Source: Penicillus capitatus (Eukaryota > Plantae > Chlorophyta). Taken from it: a DNA stretch of 64,000 nucleotides. Below are positions 25,417 to 37,261 of the stretch, one piece after another. The DNA is taken from contig OZ287717.1 in the NCBI GenBank assembly GCA_965649825.1, forward strand, positions 1-64,000, in the 5' to 3' direction. A program made the translations under genes and the position numbers. Under the pieces are notes generated by a model. That model made no database searches. It was not told the DNA's origin and was given only the letters and a program-made list of their open reading frames with translations. Each line of letters begins with the position of its first letter. The first letter of the stretch is position 1.

Positions 25417-26049
25417 TGGCAACAGTGAGAATGCCTGTCATGGAAGGAAGATGCAGAGTGCCTCTGGTCGGGGAGCGTCAACCGACGACTGAGATGCATC
25501 CTGCTAGACTGACGCAGGTGTCTATCCGCTGAAAAACACTATCGTTATCGAATGTCTCCAGGAAAACCTGTCCATGGCCCTTTACGATCCCTTCTTCCCT
25601 CTTGTGACGGCATCGGCCTGTACACACAGCCTCAGCACGCCTTCGATAGGTATGCAACTGAAAGCGAAGCTTCTCGTTTGAAGCTTTATGTCTGGTCGAC
25701 AGGAACAAGTGCTTCGGATGAGGATGATCTCCATGCATCGATGGAACGGGACCCTTGTCTCTCGCAGCGCATTTTAACTGGCGCGCTGTATCCTCAGACG
25801 TTTGACAAATCTGCGTTTGAGGGCTCGAACAGATCTACGGCTTTCGTTGTCCAAGCACCGAAGCCGTCGGATCGCATAGGCGAGAACAAGACACTGCCAT
25901 CGATGATGGAGAAGAAGCAGGGCGCTTCCTACAAGTTATTCAGTCCTAATGTCTTGACAGACACAATAGAAAAGTGGTTAAAGAGTATACGCCAGAAAGG
26001 AGCAAATGCAGGCGCTGTCACTCATTGTTTGCCACATGAGAGATACTAA
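25417..26049 (+). CDS. Hypothetical protein, divergent from NOP58
   Basis: Two ORF segments (25221-25532 and 25552-26049) joinable by a short GT-AG intron; no recognizable motif. Confidence 0.35.
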
Positions 26050-27331
26050 TCCCTTTCGTCGAGCCATTCACTTACCTCACACCCTATTCCGCATTCGCAC
26101 AATTTACCTAATTTCACCTATTCGCATTCTGGTAAGATTCACATGACAATAACCGAATAACAACGATAAATAAGATGGCAAAATGACCTTTGATTGGCCG
26201 TTTGACAACAGCTTTGTATGGGATTCGCTGTGGAAGTGCAGAGTGTTTACGAGACAAACTTGATTTGATATTGTGTTACGTCATTCTGCCGGTTCTAAAA
26301 ACTAAACTCAAGGAGTTCTTCGAACGCCGGCTGTTTCATGGAGTGTCTGTCGCGCGAAGGAGCGTAGAACAAAAAGGACATCTGTTGCTTTTTCACTAAA
26401 CGGCGTGACAAGCATGAAGCACTAAGACAGATGACTGTTGCGTTGGCCTTCGGCGACTGTTTGTCTTTCTGTACCTTGACTGATAATAATACATCTGTCA
26501 CATGTCATTCACTCTCTTTTTTGTCAATTTTTCATCTAACACAAGTCATCAGCAGGTGTGTGGATCAGGTCAGGCTTTGCAGAGTATCACCGTCCCGCAC
26601 GTCTACGTTGTGTGATAACCAACCACTTTGAATTTCTTGACGAACGCGTTTCCGTAAGTTGTTATCTTTTCGCTGTTTTTCTGCACTCGTCGGAGAAACG
26701 TTCCAAAGTTCTTGGCTATTTACAGATAAAGGGGAGATTCCGTTGAATAGAAGGTTGGCATTTTGGATGCGTCTAACGTTTCTACTGAATGAACGGACGT
26801 TCCTTGTTCGCCTGTGTCTCCACTATGCACAGAACGGTCGTTGAAAGCAGTTTGAACTGACAGCTTGTGTCGCCTCGTTTCATCTTACCGTCGCTGCGAT
26901 GCGTACCCACTTCCTGGATCGCATTCCACTGCGTTCCTCTTTCTTGCCTGTGTGAATGGACACTTACATACCTTCATTTGAAGCGTCGCCCGCTTCTCCG
27001 TCGCCAACGACTCTCCTTGGTTAAACGCAAAACGAAAGTATGAGAAGGAAACAAACACTTGTTGTGACTGCTGGCTGGTTTCATGGTGATGAAGGGCAGA
27101 AGAGGAATGGTTCAAGAAACGTCTCATCATCACAAGAGGCATGATGACCAACAGCGTTAATGGCCATGTCACATCAAAACCTCCAACACGTCACATCAAA
27201 ACCCTAACCATAAATAGCCATATAAAAGAGGGTAGAGAAAGCATTAACGTCTTTTGTGAAAAAAACTCTTTCGTTTCTGCTTTTACGTGCTGGCCCATAT
27301 CAAAATGGTTTCGGAGCCGCGAATCTCGAAA

Positions 27332-28219
27332 ATGGACTGTGACGAGGTTACGTCCCTTCTCAACTCCGCAGCCTTTGTCGAAGACGATTACCGCCCTCGT
27401 GTCAAGTACGTGGTGCAAAGACCGGAGCCCAGATCGCGAGCATTTGACCTAACACGGCAAATGCGCAAAGGAGTCGAAGTCGAACCACATTATCGTTCGC
27501 AACCTGCCTTCAATGAGGCTGGACCCGCGGCTACAATGCATGCCTTCTACGGTGACGCGTTCGGATGCCTCACGACAAAAAACAAAAGACATGTCGTAAA
27601 AGGGCTAGAGATTGACGCATGCCCCACGCCATCTCTATCTCCGGAAGAGCAACTAGACAGAATGACGAAGACGAAGAGAGAGACGTGGTTGGGTTTTGTG
27701 GATCGCTATTGCGCCACATGTGTGACGACGACGGCATCACGAAAGACTCAAGTGAAAACGCTCTACAGGAAGCTTCCAATCAATCTCCGGAAACTGATGC
27801 TCCCCCTACCTTCGACGGCTACGTTAGCAGACATGAGCTCTGTCCTCAGGAATGCAAGCTTTTGGGAATCAAGTACACAATCCCGAACGGAAACGGATGA
27901 AGATGCCACGGACCCTGACATGGCGACGACACAAGTGAACGTTGGGATTGACGGGAGGGTAATAGGCAGTGACGGATCGATCAATTTTTCGGCGATCACA
28001 AATGCAGGCCGAGTCATGATCGGAGCCAGAGAGATATGCAAGACCTCCAAACGAGAAGCACTCAAAATGCTAAGGTTCCTGGAGAGGATTTGTAACGGCA
28101 ACGACGGACCAACAGGCTCGCGAAGGCCTAGAGGCCAACCAAGGAGACGCACTCTGAAGTACCCACGAAGATCGAAGTTCCCATGCTTGCGGCTACCACG
28201 CACCTCAACTCTTGGCTAG
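27332..28219 (+). CDS. Gag-like ORF of the LTR element
   Basis: Uninterrupted ORF directly after the PBS; ETWLGFVDRY..RKTQVKTLYRKLP.NLR resembles the retrotransposon gag capsid segment; basic C-terminus. Confidence 0.5.
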   Translation: MDCDEVTSLLNSAAFVEDDYRPRVKYVVQRPEPRSRAFDLTRQMRKGVEVEPHYRSQPAFNEAGPAATMHAFYGDAFGCLTTKNKRHVVKGLEIDACPTPSLSPEEQLDRMTKTKRETWLGFVDRYCATCVTTTASRKTQVKTLYRKLPINLRKLMLPLPSTATLADMSSVLRNASFWESSTQSRTETDEDATDPDMATTQVNVGIDGRVIGSDGSINFSAITNAGRVMIGAREICKTSKREALKMLRFLERICNGNDGPTGSRRPRGQPRRRTLKYPRRSKFPCLRLPRTSTLG

Positions 28220-28233
28220 CGTGGCACTTGTAG

Positions 28234-29400
28234 ATGGAAGAATATCTGAGGACATGCAGATATCCTGATAACGCCACACCACAGCAACGGGCGCGTCTCA
28301 AGTACCGCGCTAATTCTTTCCGCTTGCGCTATGACCGTCTGGAGTATTCTGTCGATGGACTCTTGTGGACACCCTGCTATGTAACATGCAGGTCATTCCT
28401 CAGTGGATGGGCAAAGAGCACGAACAGAGTGGACACTGCGGCATCCAGACCACCACTCAGAAGTTACATCAAATGTTCTACTTCCCTGACGCCCCCCTCC
28501 CATGTGAAATATTGGGTACGCAGCTGTCCCTAGTGCCAACATTTCGCCCGCCACGATCCACCCATCACTCAATCATTCAACACATGAATGAGTTCGTAGG
28601 TCTAGAGGTCAGCGGACCCATGACATCGGACTCACAACGCCTGACAGGCCCTTCGACATTCATCCTCGCCGCGGTAGATCTTTGCACACGCTTTTGTCTC
28701 GTCTCAGCATCCTCTCAAGGCAACGCGACCCCCATTGTCAACTTCTCGAGCGCTGGATAGCACTCTTCGGCAACACTGCTTGTCTACAGACAGAAAACGC
28801 ACCAGCGTTTGTAGGCAATTAGTTATCCAATAGGATGCCGGCTCGAGGAATCCAACGCCGCACCATCCCTGTATATCGGCCACAATGCAAAGGGACCGTC
28901 GAACGTTCAACCAAGTAATCATCCGCCTTCTACAATACCTCCAAACTCAAGAAAAATGGACATCCTCTCTCCCTCAGATCCAGGCGATACTGAATGCGCA
29001 TCCGATTTCGGTGACCAAGATCAGCGCCACGCAAACCGTCTTCGGCTATCAACCCCGCCTGCATTCCGTTCCCGCATCGCCAGCTTCAACCGTGACACCC
29101 CGCTCTGACGATCCTCATCCGACAAGACACCACGATCTTGTCGCAACTCGCTGGACCACAATCGATGACCAGATGCGGCACCAACAACAACACCAACTGT
29201 ACCAGTCTTACTGCCGATCCGACCTCTCAGTCGGATCTCAAATGCTGATCTTTGACAATCAACGCGCACAAGCACACACGGCAACAAACTCGCCCCGCAA
29301 TAGCAAGGACCATACACCATCCAAGACGAATTTTCTCCACAACTTTACCATCTTGTGTCTTCTTCGTCTAAAACCCTTTCTCGCGCATCGCGATCATTTA
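28234..29400 (+). pseudogene. Disrupted Gypsy-type integrase (H2C2 zinc finger, rve core, GPY/F module)
   Basis: HEQSGHCGIQTT..LHQMFYFP; in another frame VRSCP*CQ (TAG 28531-28533); LEVSGP..FILAAVDLCTRF; YRPQCKGTVER; W..SLPQIQAILN; KLAPQ*QGPYTI (TAG 29301-29303). Several frameshifts. Confidence 0.85.
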
Positions 29401-30126
29401 TGTCGTTTTTTGTCGGGGTCAAGCGCAGGGAAGCGATTGTCATGGTGATGAGGGCAGAAGAGGAATGGTTCAAGAAACGTCCCATCATCACAAGAGGCAT
29501 GATGATTAGCAGCATTATAAATAGCCATGTCACATCAAACCTCCAGCACATCAAACCCCTAACCCATAAATGGCATATAAAAGAGAATTGAGAAAACAAT
29601 AAACGTTTTGTAAAAAAACATGTTTCGTTACTACTTTCACGTACTAGCCCATTGTCGCTGCCCCGCGGGTGGTGCCTCGCGCACGTCTGCCTCCTCGTGT
29701 GATCTTTCTGAAAAGAGGCCCACGTCCGCCGGTCCTACGGCCACCGAGTCCTCAGAGGCGTCGTCGACTTCGGTTGCGTCGGGTCGTGGGTGTACGGCTC
29801 TGTCTGGGTCTTCGCGTCCCGCGTTGCGAAAGAACTCTAGCGCGGACAAGAATGGCGTGTGCTGGTACAGCGGTGGGTAAGGGATAGTGGCGCGCGAAAC
29901 GTGTCGCTCGTCGTCGTCAGCCAGGGCGAACGCACTGGAATGAACACTCGAGAACGCACAAAACAAAAGTTACAAAGGTTCTGCGCCCCGGGTTTTAACC
30001 CTTTCACATGATGGACAGGTGAGTCATCCACCATTCTCCACCATGGACTAAAGACCCCTTCGGTCCCCCGCCTTCCGTGACACGACTCCTGAGTACCCCT
30101 TCCAGACCTGACCCCCTCTCCAACGA

Positions 30127-30527
30127 GCCCTCGTGGTGTAATGGTTGGCACACTTGAGGTTTTCTCAAGAGGCGTGGGTTCGAATCCCGCCGAGGCGCCC
30201 CGTGAGTCACTCGGGTGATAGTGACTGGCCGGAGGGTGAAGCGGCGACTCATCATGATCAAGAAAATCGGAAGATTGGGCAATTAAAAAGACGCGGGTCA
30301 AGTCCAGACCGGAGCATGCGGTTAGACGTGAGGTGGACGACGAATCGTCGCAGACGCTGTGAGACATGTGAAGCGACGGATGGAAGCACGAGTCACCTAA
30401 TTGAACGATTGAACGGTGAATTGACAATGGGCGTCGGGTGGTAAATGTGAATGCCACTGTAAGTAAATGCACAGAACCATGGAACATGCTCTAAGAGCGC
30501 ACCATGTAAAAGAGGAATTCTCCTCCT
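30127..30527 (+). mobile_element. tRNA-derived SINE with target-site duplication
   Basis: tRNA-like head 30127-30198 with A-box TGGTGTAATGG and B-box GGTTCGAATCC; identical flanking repeat CCCCTCTCCAACGA(G) at 30113-30127 and 30528-30542. Confidence 0.75.
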
Positions 30528-30784
30528 CCCCTCTCCAACGAGGCAGTCCCATCACCGTGGCGGGGCGGTCCCATCGCCAGACCCAGCTCTTGGCGACACC
30601 CATATCACTGGTCTTCAACGTTGCATCACAACGAGGGTATTTAATGGGACAATCCGAACCATGTTTACCTTGCTCCAAACAGTTTGTAAAGTCTTCCGCT
30701 GTGGTAATCTTTCGTCCGGCCCGATCGCCGACAGTGATTGCAAACCCCTGCTTGCAGAATTTGTTTCGATGGATGGATTAACAG

Positions 30785-30919
30785 GTTCTTCTGGAAGCCG
30801 GCGCTAATGTCAATGCTCAGCGGACCGACGGAAAAAGGCCACAAGAAGTCATTTGTCAGGCGGTATCTTCTTGTACAGCAGAGACTCGGGCAGCCCTCAA
30901 GGATCTGCTGAAACCCTGA
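30785..30919 (+). pseudogene. Orphan terminal exon of an ankyrin-repeat gene
   Basis: After an acceptor (ttaacag) it reads VLLEAGANVNAQRTDGKRPQEVIC...LKDLLKP*; no upstream ankyrin exons recognizable. Confidence 0.5.
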
Positions 30920-32030
30920 TTCATTCTTTCTGCTGTCTCTCCATTCGATTTCCACTTCTGTTTGTGGCTGTTTGTCTAAACATTACGTACGACGTCATTT
31001 GCACATTTGTGGTTCAGACAATACGAGGTTGAGTATAATACCTCCATGAAAAGATGCCTTCTACAAGGCTTTTATCTATCCGATCGATTTGTACTGATTT
31101 CGCTGGTAGGGTCGTCGTTTGAATCGCCGCTATAGGTTTTCGTGTGCCAGAACTTGTCGCAGCGCCTAGAGTCGACAGGAACTAAGTGTCGCAGCGCCTA
31201 ACCCATCCTATTGACAATTCTAGTCAACCGAAGACAGGATTCCAGGATCGTGCAATCGACATTCTCTGCCGACTCGGCCTTCGGACTCAGACATCTGCCA
31301 AAAAACGCTCAGGATTACATACGCGTTACACTTTCACACAGATTGCCCGCATATGCTGTCGCCATCTTATGTATGGGTTCATCTCGCCGTCGACTTCTTT
31401 TTTTCGGAGTCGGACCCAGACGTACATGTGACATTCGTGCTTTTCTGGATGTCAACATTGCCGCGAGCTGTGATATTTTTTTATTCTTTTTTGAATATTA
31501 AGATTTATGGCTCTGGCAATTCCCTATCAGACGATATCCTTGCTTAGTCCGTCTATGTGTCTTTGGTTGAGCTCTCCAACCGGCGAGTAACTGTGACACG
31601 ATGGTCTTGGTGGCTGTTTGTTTTAAGTATCCGGCATCATTAGTCTCTTAAAGGCAGTCCATCTGAAGATGACAGTCTATCACCTGCTGTACTTTAAATT
31701 CTATACGAACAAGTAACATGAAGGAAAGTAACATCGATTACCATATGGCGGCAACGAATCGGCACAGGCTTAGCATTTGTGAAAAAACGCACTTGTACCG
31801 GCTGCTATCGTCAAGGACTTACCTCCATCCGTTTCGAGAACCCGTAAAACGAGATCTCGGAGACAGTTGAATCTCCACAGCGTCATCGCACAGTAGAGGC
31901 TCTAAATCATATCTCTCGTGCATCAAGTCTTGGACAGAGACAGAACTGAATCGTCATCATACAAGACGGCGTGCATGTATGTCCGAAGCAGGATTTGACA
32001 GAGGACGGACGCATCACTCAGTCCTCAGCG

Positions 32031-34617
32031 ATGGCTCAGTCCGACGAAGCATTCGAAGCAGTTCGCGTTTGTGTCCGAGTGTGTCTTCTGCTTTCAGAAT
32101 AATGCGGCTATACTCCTCCCACCATAGATGCGCCCCCTTTCTCGAAAACAGGCCAAGAATGGACGAAAAGAATGCGTTTGCTACGACGAACAGAACAGAC
32201 AGGTCTTTGTCAAGGTAAAACGCTGGATGCGTTCGACAGTCGAGTGGACCTCTTTCAAGAATTCTTGCAACATTTCCTTCCAGAATGAATGAACCTCTTC
32301 TCTTATAATAGGCGGTCAACAAAAAAGCACTTCATTATCTGTCAGGCCAACGCGTAAGAGCTTTTGGAATCAAGGACCTTTTCCATGGAAGAAACTCTAC
32401 TGAAGTCATCTACGAAATGTTCATTGCAGACATCGTGAATCGGTTTATTCAAGTAAAGTATTGTAAAGGAAAACTGTCGGATCGCTCTCATTCCATTTTA
32501 CCCAGGGATACAACGGTTCGGTGATAGCATATGGTCAAACAGGCAGTGGAAAAACATACACGATGTTTGGAGGGACAAGCGAAGACGGCAGTGTCGACAA
32601 AGGTGATGCTGAACACTGTCGACGCTGCGACGTCAGAAGGCCGAACGTTTTATTCGACAGGCATCATTCGTCGTGTGTGTGATGAAGTCTTCCACGGACT
32701 TCTTCGCTCTCCAGAGAAGGAAAGCAAACTGTTGGTTTCGGCTTTGGAAATATACAATGAGCAGTTGCTGGATCTATCGCGCGAGGAAAGAGGCAGACCA
32801 TTGTCCATGGCACAGCGACATTGGCAAGGCTCTGGCGGCCGACCAGAGACAGCGACAAACGTATTGGGTCTGCAAGAGCTCGAAATGAAATCGAGTGAAG
32901 AACTCCTTGCTTTCCTCGAAGAGTGTACGCATCGCAGAAAGACATCGGAGACTCAGATGAATGGCAGGCGAGAGCGTACACAAGCGCAGAGATGTCAGTA
33001 TATGTTGCCTGTTATAGATCATCAAGGTCACACGTTGTCTTGAATCTGGTACTGAAAAGAGTCATTGATGACGCCTCTGATCTCGGAGACCATCGCACAG
33101 TCGATGCGCATGTCAAACGTTTGGCAGTCTCGAAACTCAGACTCGTTGATTTGGCGGGTTCTGAACGTGTTAAGCGAAGTGGGGCGACAGGTAGAAGCTT
33201 CAGAGAAGCTACACACATCAACAGTGGACTCCTTGCGTTGGGAAACGTAATACAATCCTTGTCCCGCAAAACCGGCAAGGAGAAACAACCTACGGCATCG
33301 TTCATTCCCTATAGGTCATGCGTGGACTGTGCCCGTCCGTCTGTTTGTCGGACGAGATTTCTTTGTATGTAGAGGCTCGAAGCTCACACGCGTTCTTCAG
33401 GACTCCCTTGGAGGAAACAGCTTAACAGTGTTCATAGCCTGCGTTCATGCATCCGACACATACTTCGAAGAAACAGCAAACACATTGAAGTATGCCAGCC
33501 GGACGCGGAAGGTGAAGAACATGGTTGAGCCGATGATCATTGAAGAAGCAGAGGCGACTGCCCAAGAGAAGAGTTCGTCGAGATGTGATTTCAGCATTTT
33601 ATGAAATCATGTGTAGAGGCATTGTCACGAAAGAATGCTGTCAGTCGTGACAGATCACCGGGCAATAGAAGAGCAGAGGACGCTAGAATGAGCCTTGCAA
33701 CGACCCGGGCATATCTCAGTTCAAGGAGACAAAGAGGTCTTGATTACGATCGTCTAAGAAGATCACTGGGAACGCGTGATAAAAAGACGGAGGATAGAAG
33801 TACTCTATCAAGCAATGAGAGAGCAGGTTTGTGTTACGATTCTGAAATGTGTTGCATACATGCCTCAGGAGAAAGATCTGGAAAACGTACCGAAAGTGCG
33901 ACATCAAGATCCTCTTTTCCATCTCGGGACGGTAGATCGGAGAGATACGTCTCCTCTGTCAAGAAGAAGATAATAGACGTGATAACGACAGAAATCTGAA
34001 CTCTGGATATGTGTGTGTCTTGTTCACAGGATGCAAAGCTGCAAGATGATACAGTGGAGCATGGAATGCATGAACAGCGTCAGACAGAATCTGAATGGCT
34101 GTCCGATGTAAGAAAGAATGGAAACGTGCGGCGTTTGAATGTTATCCAACTGAATGGTCTGCTATGACAGAATGAAGACGAGGAAGAGATTCTTTTCTGC
34201 GAAGAATTGTCCATCTCGGACTGGAATTCAGATTCCTCTACATGCAGCGATTGTCTTGACTGTGATTTCGTGTCTACTACAGATTCTGAACGCGAGGATG
34301 ACCGTGTACACTGCGACGGTGCAGAGATGATGCGTTTCTGCCCGGTCACATCGGCAGAGGATCGTATGAACGTGTCTCGCATCGAAAAACAGGTGAGAGC
34401 ACGTCTGGTCGACTATCAGCCACACATTCTTTCCATCAAGGGATGCCACAGTGGTTGCCCGACGCTGGGTGACGAGAGCAGTTCGGCGGAGGATTGCAGG
34501 AGTGTGTCTTTTGAAATGCCTGAAGATCCAATGGCGGATGAAGGCGGCTCTCAATCATTGGCTTCTTTGTCAAGCACCGAGTGCGAGCCGTTAACCATCG
34601 ACATTTACATTCGCTAA
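32031..34617 (+). CDS. Kinesin motor protein, N-terminal motor (kinesin-4-like)
   Basis: [39 protein letters not shown]|[57 protein letters not shown]. The 3' exons are less certain. Confidence 0.9.
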
Positions 34618-34982
34618 ACAGACAAAGGAAGTCCTGCTAAATTCCGCCTTTGGGTCAGATGGCGCAACGATCCAGGCACGAACGAGTACACGACACATTC
34701 GCGAATCCTTGTTCCAGATTCACAAAATAGCCTGGCCGCGTTTTATTAACAACAAATCCTGTCGTGTGAAAGGCATAGATGAATCTACCGTTGCAGGAAT
34801 ACATCCTCGCTGTGGTTTGTGGCATTATCAAAAGTACTTCAAGCCTGATCAAACTGCCGAAGAATACGTGAGTAGTGAAAAGCGAGCGAATACCAGATCA
34901 TAGCTTCATCTGCATGTGATCGATTGACTCTTTTGATTGCTGATGCGTGCGAGAGCACTCTACATTTGAAGATTTGACGTCT

Positions 34983-36407
34983 TCATGGGCGAATATTATC
35001 CACCAATGCCCAGAGTTTGTCTCCAAATGAGATCCGTACAACTCCGGGCGTTCTGCAAGACACTGCAGGGTAGACTTTGTTGGGCAACTGGGTGAATGCA
35101 ACACCAAAATCAGTACCATTGACACTGAATCCGAGTTCTCTCTTGTTCATATCCAGCTTGGCTTTCAGTATTGCATTTTCCCTGAAAGATACGCCATAAC
35201 GAGTTGAATAAGGACCGTTATCTTGTTGGGTATCATGGCAGAGCGTGCCGTTTGATCCAAACATCCAACCTGCTGTCTGTTTTCCCAGCCAGTCATTCAT
35301 ATCTGCATCCTCTCCCACAACGCCGACCCATACCAGATCACAGTACTTCTCAATGATGATTTCCCAGGAATGGACTCCGGATACAAATGGTGTTTGCACT
35401 CGCACACCTTGGTGATTCTTACACTGAAAGTCACAGAGGTCCTGTTCGATGCGCACTTCTGTGCCTCTGCATGTTGGATCCCATAGACTGGATTTCAGGG
35501 CGACATTTGCGAATCGCAGTGCCTGATTGCAATAGACTCTCATCAAAATTTCAGTCGGTACCAATCCTAGAGGTTCGATCTTATCCCTTATCAAATTTGT
35601 TGGGATATTCTCAAAACGCACGCCTTGCAGGACAGACATCCATTCATTGAATTCAACAGTCGAGTACGGCTGGAAAACACTCTGCAGATTGGCCACATCA
35701 GATGAAGCCAGTTCCCAATGCTCATCGACTTCCCACGACATCGTTGATAGATTGCCATGGAGTGATTGGGAGGCATATCGTGACACTGCCCAGTGCAAGA
35801 CCGATTTTAGAATATCGATCTCATATGGCCATCCGCTGCGAAGACTCGGATGTGTGAGGCTGAAGACAAGGGCCTCCACAGAGAATCCGTCGAACAGTGC
35901 TGTCCTGCCTTCTTCCAAAGCAGACGAGACAACAGGAAGAATGGTCTCAGCGATATCGGTGGCTTGAAGCTTAAGTGCCGTTGAGATGATTGGTCCAATG
36001 CATGCATGTTCGCGAGCATGGCGGACAAGGTAGTTCACAATCAGTTTCTGCAATCCTGGTAGGCTATACTGACGTGCCAGGTCGTAACATTCGACAGCCA
36101 TGGTTCCAGCTTCGATGCTGCGAACGTGACATGTGTGGAGATACTCGAAAACGAGTTCGAGTGGGGCAGAGGAGACATGTCTGAAATCGATGACGGACTG
36201 TCCAGCTTCCATCATATCTCCAAAGAGTAAACGGTCAAAGAACTCGCAGCGACAGGCAAGGAAAGCTCTGTTGGCGCGCACAGCCACACCATCCTTGCAA
36301 TTAAAAGTGACGTCGTGGAATTCGGAACGCTCCCGAAGACATGCGACGTTTTCGAGCACGCGACGCTCTTCAGAGGCATCGAGCAAATTTCGTCTGTCGG
36401 CCGACAT
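34983..36407 (-). CDS. BTB/POZ-(BACK)-SPRY/B30.2 protein, single exon
   Basis: 474-aa ORF; BTB DVTFNCKDG..VRANRAFLACRCEFFDRLLFGDMMEA; SPRY GVHSWEI..WVGV..LDMNKRELGFSVNGTDFGVAF..LPNKVYPAVS. Confidence 0.9.
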   Translation of the reverse strand: MSADRRNLLDASEERRVLENVACLRERSEFHDVTFNCKDGVAVRANRAFLACRCEFFDRLLFGDMMEAGQSVIDFRHVSSAPLELVFEYLHTCHVRSIEAGTMAVECYDLARQYSLPGLQKLIVNYLVRHAREHACIGPIISTALKLQATDIAETILPVVSSALEEGRTALFDGFSVEALVFSLTHPSLRSGWPYEIDILKSVLHWAVSRYASQSLHGNLSTMSWEVDEHWELASSDVANLQSVFQPYSTVEFNEWMSVLQGVRFENIPTNLIRDKIEPLGLVPTEILMRVYCNQALRFANVALKSSLWDPTCRGTEVRIEQDLCDFQCKNHQGVRVQTPFVSGVHSWEIIIEKYCDLVWVGVVGEDADMNDWLGKQTAGWMFGSNGTLCHDTQQDNGPYSTRYGVSFRENAILKAKLDMNKRELGFSVNGTDFGVAFTQLPNKVYPAVSCRTPGVVRISFGDKLWALVDNIRP

Positions 36408-36601
36408 ATGGAAGAAGAGGTTGATGTCTTTCTTTTCGCTTGTTGCTGAAATCAGAATCCCGAACGGCTTCTTTCGGCAACTCTATGGGAAATTCTCGAA
36501 CAATCAATCACGTCTGCCGAGAACAGGTTGTAATTCTTGATGACGGTAAAAAGCGACACGATGTCGAATCGGTCGATTCAAGACCTTTATTCTCCACATT
36601 C

Positions 36602-37122
36602 ATGGTACGACAGGAATGGTCGACACGGATCCGTTAATGCTGTTGTGGCTTTCAGGCGTCTCGAATATTGGCTCAGTTGCTGGTGGCTGGTGGGGCCATG
36701 GTCGCAAGGGCGGCAATACAAGCTTATCGACAGGCTGTTATAAGTATCCTACTTGTTGGCAGAGCCATGGGATCGGTAAAGGGCGTTTTGTGGTTGTGCT
36801 TCCAGATGGTCAACGATCGGGAGTGACAGCAGAGACCTTAAAGAATATAGCGAGTCGACAGATGCAAATACAGGAAGCTCGAAAGATCTTGGGAATTGAA
36901 GACAATCTCCCATGGCCAGACATTGTGAAAGTAAAGACTTGAGGGAATCATGTTCTGCAGTATGCGATCAGATATGGCTGGCTGTAGAAATACGAACATC
37001 TCATGGAGGCAAACAGGAAGAACGGATCGTTCTATCTACAATCGAAAATCTATAGGGCCATGGAACGGCTTGAACAAGAAAAGGGGGATTCCACCGGCTC
37101 TCAACAAGGCATTCCAAAATAA
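36602..37122 (+). CDS. PAM16: Mitochondrial import motor subunit PAM16/TIM16
   Basis: M|ASRILAQLLVAGGAMVARAAIQAYRQA...MQIQEARKILGI...K|KYEHLMEAN..NGSFYLQSKIYRAMERL; introns at 36605-36655, 36744-36805 and after 36930. Confidence 0.93.
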
Positions 37123-37261
37123 GCAGCATGTATGTGTGCATGCTTGAAGACGACAACAGACCGTACGGCCAGTCAGACAGTTCCTGAGAGAAAACAATGT
37201 AGAAAAAACGTTGTCAGTTATTGTGCCTTTGCTTTTGTCTGTCATTAGAGAAATGTGCCTC

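Larger units (their letters stand above)
27079..29656 (+). mobile_element. Degenerate Ty3/Gypsy-type LTR element with gag-like ORF and integrase but no PR/RT/RNaseH
   Basis: Diverged ~220 bp direct repeats 27079-27302 and 29438-29656 (3' copy starts TGT, 5' copy ends CA); PBS-like TGGTTTCGGAGCC at 27306-27318; purine-rich tract before the 3' LTR; imperfect 5-bp TSD GCTGG/GCTGC. Confidence 0.8.

Noticed and set aside
27190-27215. Telomere-like AACCCTAA sequence
   Set aside because: A single copy inside each LTR; not a tandem telomeric tract.
30127-30198. Functional tRNA-Lys(UUU) or tRNA-Gln gene
   Set aside because: The anticodon loop lacks U33/purine-37, the acceptor stem end is mispaired, there is no terminator, and a flanking TSD shows it is a SINE head.
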